A stretch of 64,000 nt of DNA from Diplonema japonicum (taxonomy: Eukaryota; Protista; Euglenozoa: Diplonemea), in NCBI GenBank assembly GCA_964019335.1, contig OZ025649.1, forward strand, positions 558,001 to 622,000, given 5' to 3'. The position numbers and the translations under genes are program-made. Positions 1 through 10,421 of this stretch are shown one piece after another. Under the pieces are notes generated by a model. That model did no database searches, was not told where the DNA came from, and worked only from the letters and a program-made list of their open reading frames with translations. Position 1 is the stretch's first letter, and each line of letters starts with the position of its first letter.

Positions 1-583
1 GCTTCGTTTTCTTTTTTTCTTCTTCTTCGAGGGTGAGGTCCTCAAGTGGGACCTTTTGCCCGTAATTTTTTTTTCTCGAAAGTTTATTTTTTTTTTTTTG
101 CTGGAACAAGTAAACAAATTTTTGAAAAGAGTAGAGGCAGCTTGTCCGTTTATCCCTACTGTAGGTGAAAACGGCTTGCACAAACAAAAATATGGCTTGC
201 GCAGACATCGACCCGTAGGAGTTGTCGGTTATGCTATACCCGGAGGGGGCCCCCACGGCGCCGGCGGACCCGGACTGTGCTGCCGGCTTGCACAAACAAT
301 CAGCCGACTCTTTTTCTCTTTTCTTTCTTTCCGTCCTGCTAGTGAGCACACACCCTTTTGTATAACGATCGAAAATCGGTTTTTCGTTTTATTTATTTCG
401 CCCCCCTCTTCCGTATAATTTAAAACCCTTTCTGTTCTCTTGCTTGCTGTTTTTTATTTTCTCCTTTTTTTCTGAGGTCTGTTATTTTTTCTCTCTCTCT
501 TCCTTTCATCTTTTGTTCACAACAACAACACCACCACCCCTCCTTAAAGATACACCATCCCCCCCCCCCCCCCCCCCCCCCGA

Positions 584-1798
584 ATGTACTGGAAAGAACG
601 GAAACAAACATGGTCAGACGAAGCCCCCTTAGAAGGCTGCTGCCACAGCGTGGTAAAGCACCAAGATGCACAGTGTGATGACTACTTATACGTGTTTGGC
701 GGTGGTGTCGTTGGGGTCTACCGCAACATTCTTTACAAGTACAGCTTCAAGCTGGACACTTGGCACAGGGTACGCACTGAAGGCGAGATACCCGGCCTGA
801 TGTCACACGCAGCAGTAGTGCACAACGGCGAAATGTACTGTTACGGGGGTCTGACAAGCGAGGGGTGTGTCAACGATGTGTGGAAGATCAGCTTGGAAGG
901 ACACCACAACACATGGAAGCGTCTGAAGACGACGGGCACACCACCAAGCCCCACAAAAGCTCACAGCGCAGTTCTGATCAAAAACGAAATGTGGGTGTTC
1001 TACGGTGCAATGGACAACGCGGAAAACTCCGACACCGTGTCCACCTTGAACCTTGAAACCCTGTCGTGGACAAGAACGCAGTTTCCGGTGGGGGCCACAC
1101 CAGCACCTCGTAACGGGCACACTACTATTGCATCTACTGACCGATACGTTTACCTGTACGGTGGGTTATCTGTGAAGTGCGGGTCATGGGTACAAGCATC
1201 GCGCATTGAGGTGTGGTTGTCAGATATTTGGAGGCTGGACACTGTTACCCTCAAATGGGCTTTGTTATGCCCCGACGCACCTCAGCATGGCCCTAAAGGC
1301 CGTTACAGTCATTTTTCTTGGCTTTGCAATAACGATTTTTTCGTGTTCGGCGGGGATACCGCAAACTGTACAACATACTTCTCGGACCTATGGGTGTTCT
1401 CGCTGTCAAGCCTGCGGTGGGAGCAGCGGCATTTTCCCGGCGATCACCCTCCACCACTGTCCGGGATTTCAGGTGTGCCTCATGAAGGCGCTGCTGTTTT
1501 TTACGGTGGGGAGAAACCCGATTCTTCATATTCCGCGTCGCTTTACACCATTCATACTGCTTCGCTCCCAACGCCGCTTTCTCTCATCATGCAGAGGGTT
1601 TTGATACAAAGCTGTTTGCACCTCACAAACAACGAGTTTCGGGTGATGTGCAAGGCGCATGGTGTGCCCGTTCAATTGGTGGAAGCAATGCTGCAGTGCA
1701 AACCACGTCATCGGTGTAAGAGGGTGGACCACGATGTTGATGCAGAAGGTGACATTTCGCAGGATTCACGGACAAAATGTAGGCGTTTGATTTCGTAG
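584..1798 (+). CDS. Kelch-repeat protein (KLHDC-like), possible C-terminal BC/SOCS-box-like helix
   Basis: 404-aa ORF with about 6 Kelch repeats (YVFGG..W, YCYGG, YLYGG, FVFGG, VFYGG) followed by LPTPLSLIMQRVL. Confidence 0.88.
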   Translation: MYWKERKQTWSDEAPLEGCCHSVVKHQDAQCDDYLYVFGGGVVGVYRNILYKYSFKLDTWHRVRTEGEIPGLMSHAAVVHNGEMYCYGGLTSEGCVNDVWKISLEGHHNTWKRLKTTGTPPSPTKAHSAVLIKNEMWVFYGAMDNAENSDTVSTLNLETLSWTRTQFPVGATPAPRNGHTTIASTDRYVYLYGGLSVKCGSWVQASRIEVWLSDIWRLDTVTLKWALLCPDAPQHGPKGRYSHFSWLCNNDFFVFGGDTANCTTYFSDLWVFSLSSLRWEQRHFPGDHPPPLSGISGVPHEGAAVFYGGEKPDSSYSASLYTIHTASLPTPLSLIMQRVLIQSCLHLTNNEFRVMCKAHGVPVQLVEAMLQCKPRHRCKRVDHDVDAEGDISQDSRTKCRRLIS

Positions 1799-2618
1799 GG
1801 AGAAGAAGCTACAGCTCGGACGAGGTGGCTCCTACGCGGGCTTGCGGGGTTTTTTTTTTCGTTCTTCCGTTAGATTATTTTTTTTTTTTTTGTTTTGTTT
1901 CTCATTTCCGGTTTGTTCTGTTGATTTTTTTTTTTCTTCCCAAAAATCTTCAGAAAAGAAAAAAAAAAAGGGGGAAAAAAAAAGATGGAAGCGAAGCCAA
2001 ACGACAGGTTTTTAAAGCTGTTGCACCGCCTAGCTGTTCCCCCACCGACGTGATATTAAGGAATTTAAAAAAGAAAAAAGGGAAAACAAAAAAAAAAAAG
2101 CGAAATGGGGAAGCCACGGGGTGAAGAAAAAGAACGAGAAACAGAAAAGAAGAAGAAGGAAAAGAAAAAGGGGGAAAAAAACCGTCTCTTTTTATATATT
2201 TTTTTAAAAAAAAAAAATACTATGATAGAAGTTTTTTTTTTTCTAACATTCTCACTTACACTTGCTATTATCCCCCCCCCCCCCCTAAGTCTAGGAATGG
2301 CTAGGGGGAGAAAACCACAACAAGAAGGACTAACTGTAAAACTCAAAATCAACCCCCTTAGTTTGAGGTTGCCCAAGACCTATCTAAGCGGGAAAAGTTT
2401 CGGACCCGGTCCCCAAAAGTTTCATATATCTCAACATGGGACCACCCAAGTCTTCAGAAAAGCCCAAACTAAAAACCCCTTTGGAAACTAAAGGGGGGCG
2501 GACTGAGCATTTCAAATTCCACCCATTTTGTTTCCCTCTTTTTTTCTGTTGTTGTTGTTGTTCCCCATTCCACCACCACCCCAACACAGCATTTCAAAAA
2601 AAAAAAAGAAAGAAAAAA

Positions 2619-3251
2619 ATGGGCAATTGCAGTTCGGAGTTTAAAGGGCCGAAGGCGGCGATTAAGAAACACAGCAGGGTCGCGCTGAAAGGGGTTAAGA
2701 CACCTGACGAGCTTCCTGAGGAGGCGCTGATCGGTGGTACACCCTCAAATGACGTTTTTAAGGATTTCTACTGGTACTTGACAAGCTTCCAGTTGCAGCG
2801 AACAGAAAGTGAAGTCATGAAGGACTGGCGGCCGAACCCTTACCTCCCGTGGGATGGGAGGATGCACGGGACGGTCGATGGTATGTCGGCTGTGGTTAAC
2901 AGTGTCAGAGGAGACCCGGGAAGGACGAAGAAATACCAGACGAAATGTCATGATGCTAAATGGAGGAAGGCAGTCAGGTCTTGGTTGGCCAAGCAAGGCA
3001 TTCGTCTGCAATTTGATTTTGAGCCTTCTAGCGAAGTAGAGCATGCTGCACACCAAAGAATGGGCCTTTACCTGAAAGGCTACAGTTTCAGCGCGACAAT
3101 TGTTGACCCTTGCCTTGAAGGGTCGTACACAACTGCCTCATCTGTTTCCAGCACCTCGTTGCCCACCACCGGCAAAATGCAATCATCAACATTCACCAAT
3201 GCTAGCAGCCCACAAGGTTTGAGTAAATTAGCGTTATCCAGCAGTGAATAA
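2619..3251 (+). CDS. Hypothetical protein with predicted N-myristoylation/palmitoylation start (MGNCSS)
   Basis: ATG at 2619 after an A-rich leader; coding-like composition; the upstream in-frame extension is homopolymer-derived. Confidence 0.7.
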   Translation: MGNCSSEFKGPKAAIKKHSRVALKGVKTPDELPEEALIGGTPSNDVFKDFYWYLTSFQLQRTESEVMKDWRPNPYLPWDGRMHGTVDGMSAVVNSVRGDPGRTKKYQTKCHDAKWRKAVRSWLAKQGIRLQFDFEPSSEVEHAAHQRMGLYLKGYSFSATIVDPCLEGSYTTASSVSSTSLPTTGKMQSSTFTNASSPQGLSKLALSSSE

Positions 3252-4634
3252 GGGACTTGTTCGTGGGGATTTGTTGAAGGGGGGGAAAAAAGAAAATACG
3301 CACATAATGTACCTCTCTCTCTTTTTTTTTCTTTTTTTCTTTATCCCCCCCCTCTTTTTTCTTTATATTGAAAACTACAGTTTTCGAATTTTTTTTTATA
3401 AAGAAACAAAGCAAAAGAAAAAAATGAGAGGGGGGGGGAAAGAAAAAGAAAATGAAATTGAACTTTTTAAAAGGCTCCAAGTACTTTATCTTGGAGCTGG
3501 TAAGGCGTGTGTGCATCCCCCCCCCCCCCCCCTTCTTCATTGGTATCCTCGCATATACCTTGCAATTATTTTTTTTTTCTTCTCTCTTCTTTTTCTTATC
3601 CATTTTTTTTTTTTAATGGGGACAGTTTTTGAGCAAAATAGAGTCTCATCTTAATGAGGCTCTCGAACAATTGTCCCCAGAAAGAGTATCATTTAGTCGG
3701 TGATGCGTCATTGGTGGGCGCAGTGATTTTTTTTTTTTCTTTTTTTTTTTTTTTTTGCTTTCTATTCTCTCACCAGCCATTTGGTCATCCCCCATTAATC
3801 CTTCATCATGTTTCCTCCTTCTTTATGCTCTTTATTTACCCCCCCCCCCCCTTCCCCCCTCTTCTTTTTCCTGTAAAAAGAAGAAGGGAGAGGGAAGTAC
3901 TTTTCTCCGGTGAAATTATCGTTAGAAAAACCCACGTAACATTATAACTTCCTATTTGGAAAAGGAAAAAAAAAAAAAGAAAAAAAAAAAATCCGTTGCC
4001 AGTGATTCTCCTTGTGGGACATGAGTTTCATAACGGGGTTCAACGCGGCCCATCGTCATTAGAAATCGGGGGTTTTTTTTTTATGAACTAAAAAAAAAAA
4101 AAAAGAAAGAAAGAATAAAAAGAACGAGAACTCGCCTTGTACTTTGCGCCATAAGAAGATGCATTTCGGAAAGGCATTTTTTTTTTTATTTTTTTTTTTT
4201 TTATTTTAGAATTAAACTTTTTGGCTAGCTATCCTGTACTTAACTTTGCCCAACCAGCCCCCTGAGGGCCGTGTTTTGGTATTTTCTCATATTTTTTTTT
4301 TTGAAACACAAAACAACCCCCATCTGATCAAAGTTTTCTTTTTTTTTTTTATAATTTTTTTTATAAAAGATGTTTCGGTGGGGGTTTGCGCCCAAAGCCA
4401 AAAATGATTCATCCCCCCCCGTCCCGCCCCCCACGTGCTGCACGACAGGAATATATAGTACAAAAACAGTAAAAGAAATGAGTATAAGGAAAAAAAAGTT
4501 TTTTCTGGTCGGCAGCACTTATATACAAGAGAGAAACAAAAAAAAAGCGGATGCAGGGTGATTTGTTTTTGATTGCCTCTTGCAGTCCCTCCCCCTTCTC
4601 TCTTCCTTTCCTCTTTTAAAATACTTGTTGTTCT

Positions 4635-4670
<36 letters not shown>

Positions 4671-7024
4671 CCCTTCCATGTTCCAAAAAAAAAAAAAAAA
4701 GAAAAAGAAAAGTAAACCAAAGATAACCCATTAACTAGTAACAATATGCCCTCCCCCCTCCCCCCCTTTCTCTCAAATTTTATTTTAATTGAAAACATCA
4801 ACTCTTGGATGGAGGGCAAAAGGTCCCTTCCCCTTCATGGATGCCTTTATTACAAAGTGACAACTGACGGAACACCTTGCCTCTCTCATAGTTTTCATTA
4901 TTTCTCCCCTCAGCGCATGCTTTCTTTGGGGTAGGGAAGCCAAGCCCCTCACTCAGCGTGCTTATTTTCGCATAATGTGCTTTTTTTTTATTATTATTAT
5001 TTCTTCTATAACACTCTCTTAGATAGTAACACTCTCCTGCTTCCCTTCCGTGGGGGTCGTTGCTGGCGTGTCTTCCTCTATCACACTGATTCCCCCCCCC
5101 TTCTTTTTTTTAAACTATCCTTCGAGCAACGCTTCAGTACTCGCACTTCTTTTTTTTTTTTCTACCAAAAGCTGTTTTTTTTTCCCCCCCTTTTTTTTTC
5201 TGTTTTCTGTTCCCCTTTTATAAGTTGCCTTTTGCCTTTTCCGCACTACTTGTCGTACCAAAAGAGAAGAAAAAAAAAAAAAAGAAAAATGCTGTTAAAA
5301 CCTCCTAATAAATAAACAAAAAATTTTTATTCCTCAGTGCCTCACACCCCTAACAAATGCCGCTTAAAGAAAAAGAAGAACAAGAGAAAGGACCCTTTGA
5401 TAAAAAGAAAAAATAAAGAAAATAAATATAGTCCCTGAAAAAGGGGACATTCAGGACAATACTTTTAGGCATTTTGTTCGTTTTTGTGAGCACTATGGTA
5501 CCTCCCCCAGCACATACTATTGAAGAAAAAGAAAAAGCGCAGAAGAAAAAATTAAACACATGCAATGTGCCGTTTCTGCTGAACTTATTTTGCCCCCCAC
5601 CGAGTAAGGAGGCAGGGGGTGAAAGGTTCAGTAACGGCATGCCCCCCCAGTAGACTGGTGCTGAACTAGAAAAGGAGAAAGCAGATGGAGAAAAATAGAG
5701 GCTTGCGGTAGTAGGGAATGTAGGTGGATGTTTTTTTTTTTTTTTTTTTTTTTGAATGCACACCTTAAGTTTACCCTGCCCCCCCCTATTGTCCTCTATG
5801 ACGTTCGCCTTTTTCTGTTTCAAGCACTGCAAAATTCAAAAAAAAAAAAGAAAGAAAAAGAAAGAATTGTTATTGCTAAAAAAAAGAGCAGGCAGCTTCT
5901 TTTATTTAACTAGAAATTGTGCAGAAGAAAACCCTTGGATCCATGTTATCTTGATTTCCTTTTTTTTTAATTTTTTTTTTTCCATTCCATAGTCTCAGCC
6001 CCCCCCCCCCCTCCCCCTCTTTCCCTTTCCTCACACTTTCTCTTTTTTCTTTTTTTCAAGTCTTTTTTTTTCTTTTTCCTCCTTGTCTTTTTCTTTTTTA
6101 TGAAGAAGAAAACGAGGGAATTAGAACAACAATGCCCAGCGGGGGGAAAAAAAGAGAAACAAACAAAAAAAAGAAAAAGAGGAGGCAATGCTTTTTTTTT
6201 TTATATTCCCTTCCATTTTTTTTTATTCCCTCCTCTAGCTTCCCTCCCTCTCTTTCCCCCCTTTATATATACTGTGGTGTGTGCAAAAAGAAAACAAAAA
6301 GAAATAAAAAAAAATAAAGCAAAGAAGAAAAATAGCAGCGCGCAAGGTTAGGAGTCAACAAAGAAATACTTCTACCTATGGCCTTTTAATGTACAAAGAT
6401 GATGGTCAAGATCCTTATCCGGCCGGGGTAATTCTTTTTTGCAAGAACAAGGCTTTGACTTGTCTAAGCAAAAGGGGAACGTTGGCAACGTGTTTCGGGT
6501 TGACAAACTTCACCAGGTTTTACACCCGGCACGTATAAACCACGGCCAGTTCTTCTTTTTACCGTATTTGAACTTTATAATGGAAACAGAAAATAATTGA
6601 AACGGGCAAATCATAAAACTTTTCCTCGGAAACAAAACAGGAATTCTGATATTTATTTTATCCCGGCTCTTTAAGCACCGGGCTGCCAAGAAAGTCCAAA
6701 AACAAAATAATTTGGAGCGCAGAATAAATACGGAACAAACGGCGAAAGGTTTTTTGGAGTTTCTTTTGTAACCTTCTTACCGAAAACCCGATTCATCCTA
6801 AATCCAATACGGCTATCCTCTTTACATACCATTTAACTTTTTTAATAAACTCTTTGGTTAACCGGACCATATATTATTTTTCTTCTCTCTCCGTTTTTTT
6901 TTTTTTTTTTTTTTTTTTTGTTCCATCCTTCATTCTCTTCAACCGTCTTTTTTTTTTCTTCTTTTCAGGGAGAACAAGAATAAGAAAATATACCAGCGAA
7001 TGAGGGGGGTTTTTTTTAAAGCCA

Positions 7025-8794
7025 ATGAACCAGTTGTACCCAGTAGGCTGGGCAGAAAGTGCAATGTCTAGGGAGAGACAGAGGTCAAGACTGTTCGAGG
7101 TGCCGGACGGTGGGGCTATACCATCTGGGAGAGATCTCGAGGATTTGCCGCAAGGGCTGCAGGCAGAAATACATAATGTCGCAACGCTCAAGCTCCGGGC
7201 ATTGGTGGTACCAATGGTGATGATGAGAAGGGCTCGTGTGTTGGCAAGAACACGTGCAGGGCTGTCAGGGGGCAGTGCGAATGTAAAGCTAGAACAACTA
7301 ACAGAAGTCCACCAGCAGAGCATCAACTCCCTTCTTAGCCACAATTCGATATTCGATAAATTCGGCTCAGCCACCATCCGCACCCTCTCCTCTCGAGCAA
7401 TCCTCAAGTCCGTGAAGCCAGGTACCGTCCTTGCAGAACCCGGCACAGAAGCTGTCCAGGTCCTTGTTCTCCTCACAGGCAGCGTCACCATCAACAAGTA
7501 CACCTTCAACGCCCCTGGCGTTACCGAGTTCGGTTCGCTTTTTCCTTCGGTGCACCACACGGAGTGCGGTGTGTCGAATGTTAAGATCATCACGGCCGCT
7601 GCCTGCCTTGTAGCCTGTCTCCCTTGCAATGAGGTCCTCAAGCATTACTCCATGCTGGACCACGACACCCGTACTCTCATCGTGTCTGAGGCGATGCAGA
7701 AGCGCACGTCTTACATGAAACGCATCTTCCCGCCGACACCCGAGATATTTGATGGAAGCAATCTTTCCAGATTGCTGCAGCCCTCCGAATATCCTGTGTT
7801 TTTGAGCCTTCTGAAGCCCATGGTGCACACACAGGGCACCTTGCTTCTCGAGGAGGGGAGGGTCGTTGATCAGCTGCATTTCGTGGTCTCTGGGGAGGTC
7901 AGTATGCGGCCTGTAGGCGACAGCCCTGTAAGCAGCCCGCTGGCAGAGATCTTGTTCTTCACGTCGGACTCGAGCAGCTGCAACGTTGTAGTAAGCAAAC
8001 ACATCGACTGCTACACCTTAACCCTGGACGACTTCTGCCTCCTGGCAAAGCTGCGGCCGGAGGTGGCTGGGAGGGTCCTGTCTGGTTTCAAGGTAATTCG
8101 GAGTACTGTACTACAGGGCATACGGCACAGCGCAGAGACGGACCCTATTGAGGCAATGCTGGCACAGACGAAGGAACTGCCGACTGGGCTGAGCAAGGCA
8201 TGCTTGTCGAGGTTGGCGGGCGTCTTGAAGATAACGATACGCATGGCAGGGGACGTGGTGGTTGCAAAAGAGAATTGGCATAAAGAATTCTATTTTCTGA
8301 GCAAAGGGAGGGCGGAGCACTGCGGCACTGTCTTGCAGGCAGGGTCGTGCTTTGGGATGGGGTACGGACTCGCGGGCACCCCGCAGCAGGCGATCGTGGC
8401 ACTAACCACATGTGACGTGTGGTCTGTTGCATCGCAGAACTTCCACAACACTCTGCTGGCTTACAGTACCGACCTTTTCTCGTTAGAAGCTCCTCCAAGC
8501 TCGTCGTTTGCCCTCCTTGACCCGCTGTCGGTCTCCGGGGCAGATCACCTCCAGCCTCTGGACAACAACCTGCCTTTTCCCCAAAGATCCCCATTCTGTG
8601 CGATCGTTACCTTGACACCTGAGACGTACCCCGCGTCAGTAGCCAAAAGGCGTAAATGCCTGAAACCATGCAAAACCTACCCCATCCCGTGTTGGCGCAA
8701 CAAAGTGGACGAAGCAAAACGGAGGTCTGCCCTGTACGCGGGTTGCGGACAAAACTTCTACTCGCCATTGCAGACGAGAAATATTTTTAAGTAG
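7025..8794 (+). CDS. Protein with multiple degenerate cyclic nucleotide-binding domains
   Basis: Repeated cNMP motifs (GTLLLEEG..LHFVVSGEV; AGDVVV..FYFLSKG..AGSCFG..IVALTTCDVW); preceded by polypyrimidine-CAG at about 6945-6968. Confidence 0.82.
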   Translation: MNQLYPVGWAESAMSRERQRSRLFEVPDGGAIPSGRDLEDLPQGLQAEIHNVATLKLRALVVPMVMMRRARVLARTRAGLSGGSANVKLEQLTEVHQQSINSLLSHNSIFDKFGSATIRTLSSRAILKSVKPGTVLAEPGTEAVQVLVLLTGSVTINKYTFNAPGVTEFGSLFPSVHHTECGVSNVKIITAAACLVACLPCNEVLKHYSMLDHDTRTLIVSEAMQKRTSYMKRIFPPTPEIFDGSNLSRLLQPSEYPVFLSLLKPMVHTQGTLLLEEGRVVDQLHFVVSGEVSMRPVGDSPVSSPLAEILFFTSDSSSCNVVVSKHIDCYTLTLDDFCLLAKLRPEVAGRVLSGFKVIRSTVLQGIRHSAETDPIEAMLAQTKELPTGLSKACLSRLAGVLKITIRMAGDVVVAKENWHKEFYFLSKGRAEHCGTVLQAGSCFGMGYGLAGTPQQAIVALTTCDVWSVASQNFHNTLLAYSTDLFSLEAPPSSSFALLDPLSVSGADHLQPLDNNLPFPQRSPFCAIVTLTPETYPASVAKRRKCLKPCKTYPIPCWRNKVDEAKRRSALYAGCGQNFYSPLQTRNIFK

Positions 8795-8870
8795 GAAGTA
8801 CCAACGAAAAAAGGGTTGCTTACCACATGAAACTCACTTTTCAGGGAACTGGGGCGACTCGAGTCCCGAT

Positions 8871-10334
8871 ATGCATACACACGAAGCCCCCTACGAGTCC
8901 TTGTCGGACGTCCCAGATGATGTTTTGCGCAAGTGGCTACGGATGTTCAAGGATGTGAGTGACTTTGCCTCGCGTAGCGGGATGGAAAGCGACTACATTT
9001 CGATGCCCATGCAGCTGACTGGACGGCATCACTACCATGTGGTGAACGACACGCGGTCGGGAGAGCGGTACTGCGCCGTGTGCACTCGTATGGTGAAGGA
9101 AGGCGCCACACATTTGGCATGCAAGCGTTGCGGGCTTCATGCGCATGGCAGCTGTGGGAAGATGCTCCACCCTGAGAACAACATAGACATCAAACAGCCT
9201 TTCCGCTTCATGGCCTTCCAAAGAATCTGCGGAAGGGAGCAGCTGTCAGAATTTGATATCTCGATTAAAGCGTGTGATCTCTTCGGCTTTTACCACGGCC
9301 AGCGGGTGGCGTCGCTGAAGGGTGCTTTCATGGGCAAGTCGGCTACCATTGTCGGTGTTGGAACTGATATGAAGCTCTACGCACATTGGGACGGCACATC
9401 AGGATGCCAAGCGCTGTATGCAGGAGCAAACCTAGCAAAGCAAGACCCCGAGCAGCTTCAGCGGTGCCACGCACTTGTCGTGGAAGGCTGCTGCACGTCG
9501 CAGGGAAGAGACGCCTCGCGGAAAGACGTGCTCATTAACACAATCGACGATATACTGTCAGCTGGGAAACCTGGGTCCTGGAAGAGAAATCCTAAGAAGA
9601 AAACCTGCCCACGATGCCAGCAGGTGTTCCCAACCATGACACAGTGCGACACATGCAAAATCATCGCCTTCGCAGGGAGAGAGTACATAGAAAGCGAGTG
9701 GGACGCACTTCGCGCATCCGAGATGTACAGGTTAGGTCTTGCCTCGCACACTGGAGAGCGAATCACGATCCACGGGGCAGCGGAAAAATGTCAGCTGAAT
9801 GAAGTGGAACTGCTTGTGAAAGCGGGCGACTTCGACCCCAACGAGGTGCTGCCTTCCGCAATGTACATCCTCAGCAAAAACCAGATGCGCACGCCGTTAC
9901 ATGTCACTGTTTTGTCTCACTTGAAAAATCCAGGCTGGCAAAAGTCACAGGAGGTTAGGCTTGCCGAAGAAGGCAGGCAGAATACCATGGTGCGGCTTCT
10001 CGTGTCCTTGGGGGCCGACATCAACAGGCAAGACGCAAGCGGAAGAACCCCGCTTCACCTCGCTGCAGAGTTCATTTCCCCATTCCCCCTCCGAGTGCAT
10101 GCAAAGGAGACGCGAGCTCAGCTCCACACTGAGTTCATTCACAAACAGTACGCACAGCTTTGGCCTGAAGGGGTCCAAGTCCTCGAGACACTCATATCAC
10201 TTGGGGCCGATCCTTCTTTGAAAACATATGAAGGGGAGACGGCTCGAGATTTTGTCGACCCCCTGCTCGCCCGCTATCCCAAGTATACAAAACAACGTGT
10301 CCTGGACCTCCTTGATCCTGTAAGGAAGCCGTAG
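8871..10334 (+). CDS. C1 zinc finger + FGFxHGQRV domain + zinc ribbon + ankyrin-repeat protein
   Basis: H..CAVC..CKRC..H..C (C1-like); CPRC..CDTC; ankyrin motifs RTPLHV, LGADINRQDASGRTPLHLAA, LGADPSLKTYEGETA. Confidence 0.82.
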   Translation: MHTHEAPYESLSDVPDDVLRKWLRMFKDVSDFASRSGMESDYISMPMQLTGRHHYHVVNDTRSGERYCAVCTRMVKEGATHLACKRCGLHAHGSCGKMLHPENNIDIKQPFRFMAFQRICGREQLSEFDISIKACDLFGFYHGQRVASLKGAFMGKSATIVGVGTDMKLYAHWDGTSGCQALYAGANLAKQDPEQLQRCHALVVEGCCTSQGRDASRKDVLINTIDDILSAGKPGSWKRNPKKKTCPRCQQVFPTMTQCDTCKIIAFAGREYIESEWDALRASEMYRLGLASHTGERITIHGAAEKCQLNEVELLVKAGDFDPNEVLPSAMYILSKNQMRTPLHVTVLSHLKNPGWQKSQEVRLAEEGRQNTMVRLLVSLGADINRQDASGRTPLHLAAEFISPFPLRVHAKETRAQLHTEFIHKQYAQLWPEGVQVLETLISLGADPSLKTYEGETARDFVDPLLARYPKYTKQRVLDLLDPVRKP

Positions 10335-10421
10335 TTTAGTTTTTCTTCTTCTTCGTTTATCTTTGTTTATTGCTGTCACAACACAATCAGGCTGAATACT
10401 ACATTACAAACTACTTGCCTC

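Noticed and set aside
1825-6351. Many poly-Lys/Phe/Pro/Gly ORFs in spacers, and upstream extensions of real ORFs
   Set aside because: Translation artefacts of homopolymer runs; true starts follow A-rich leaders
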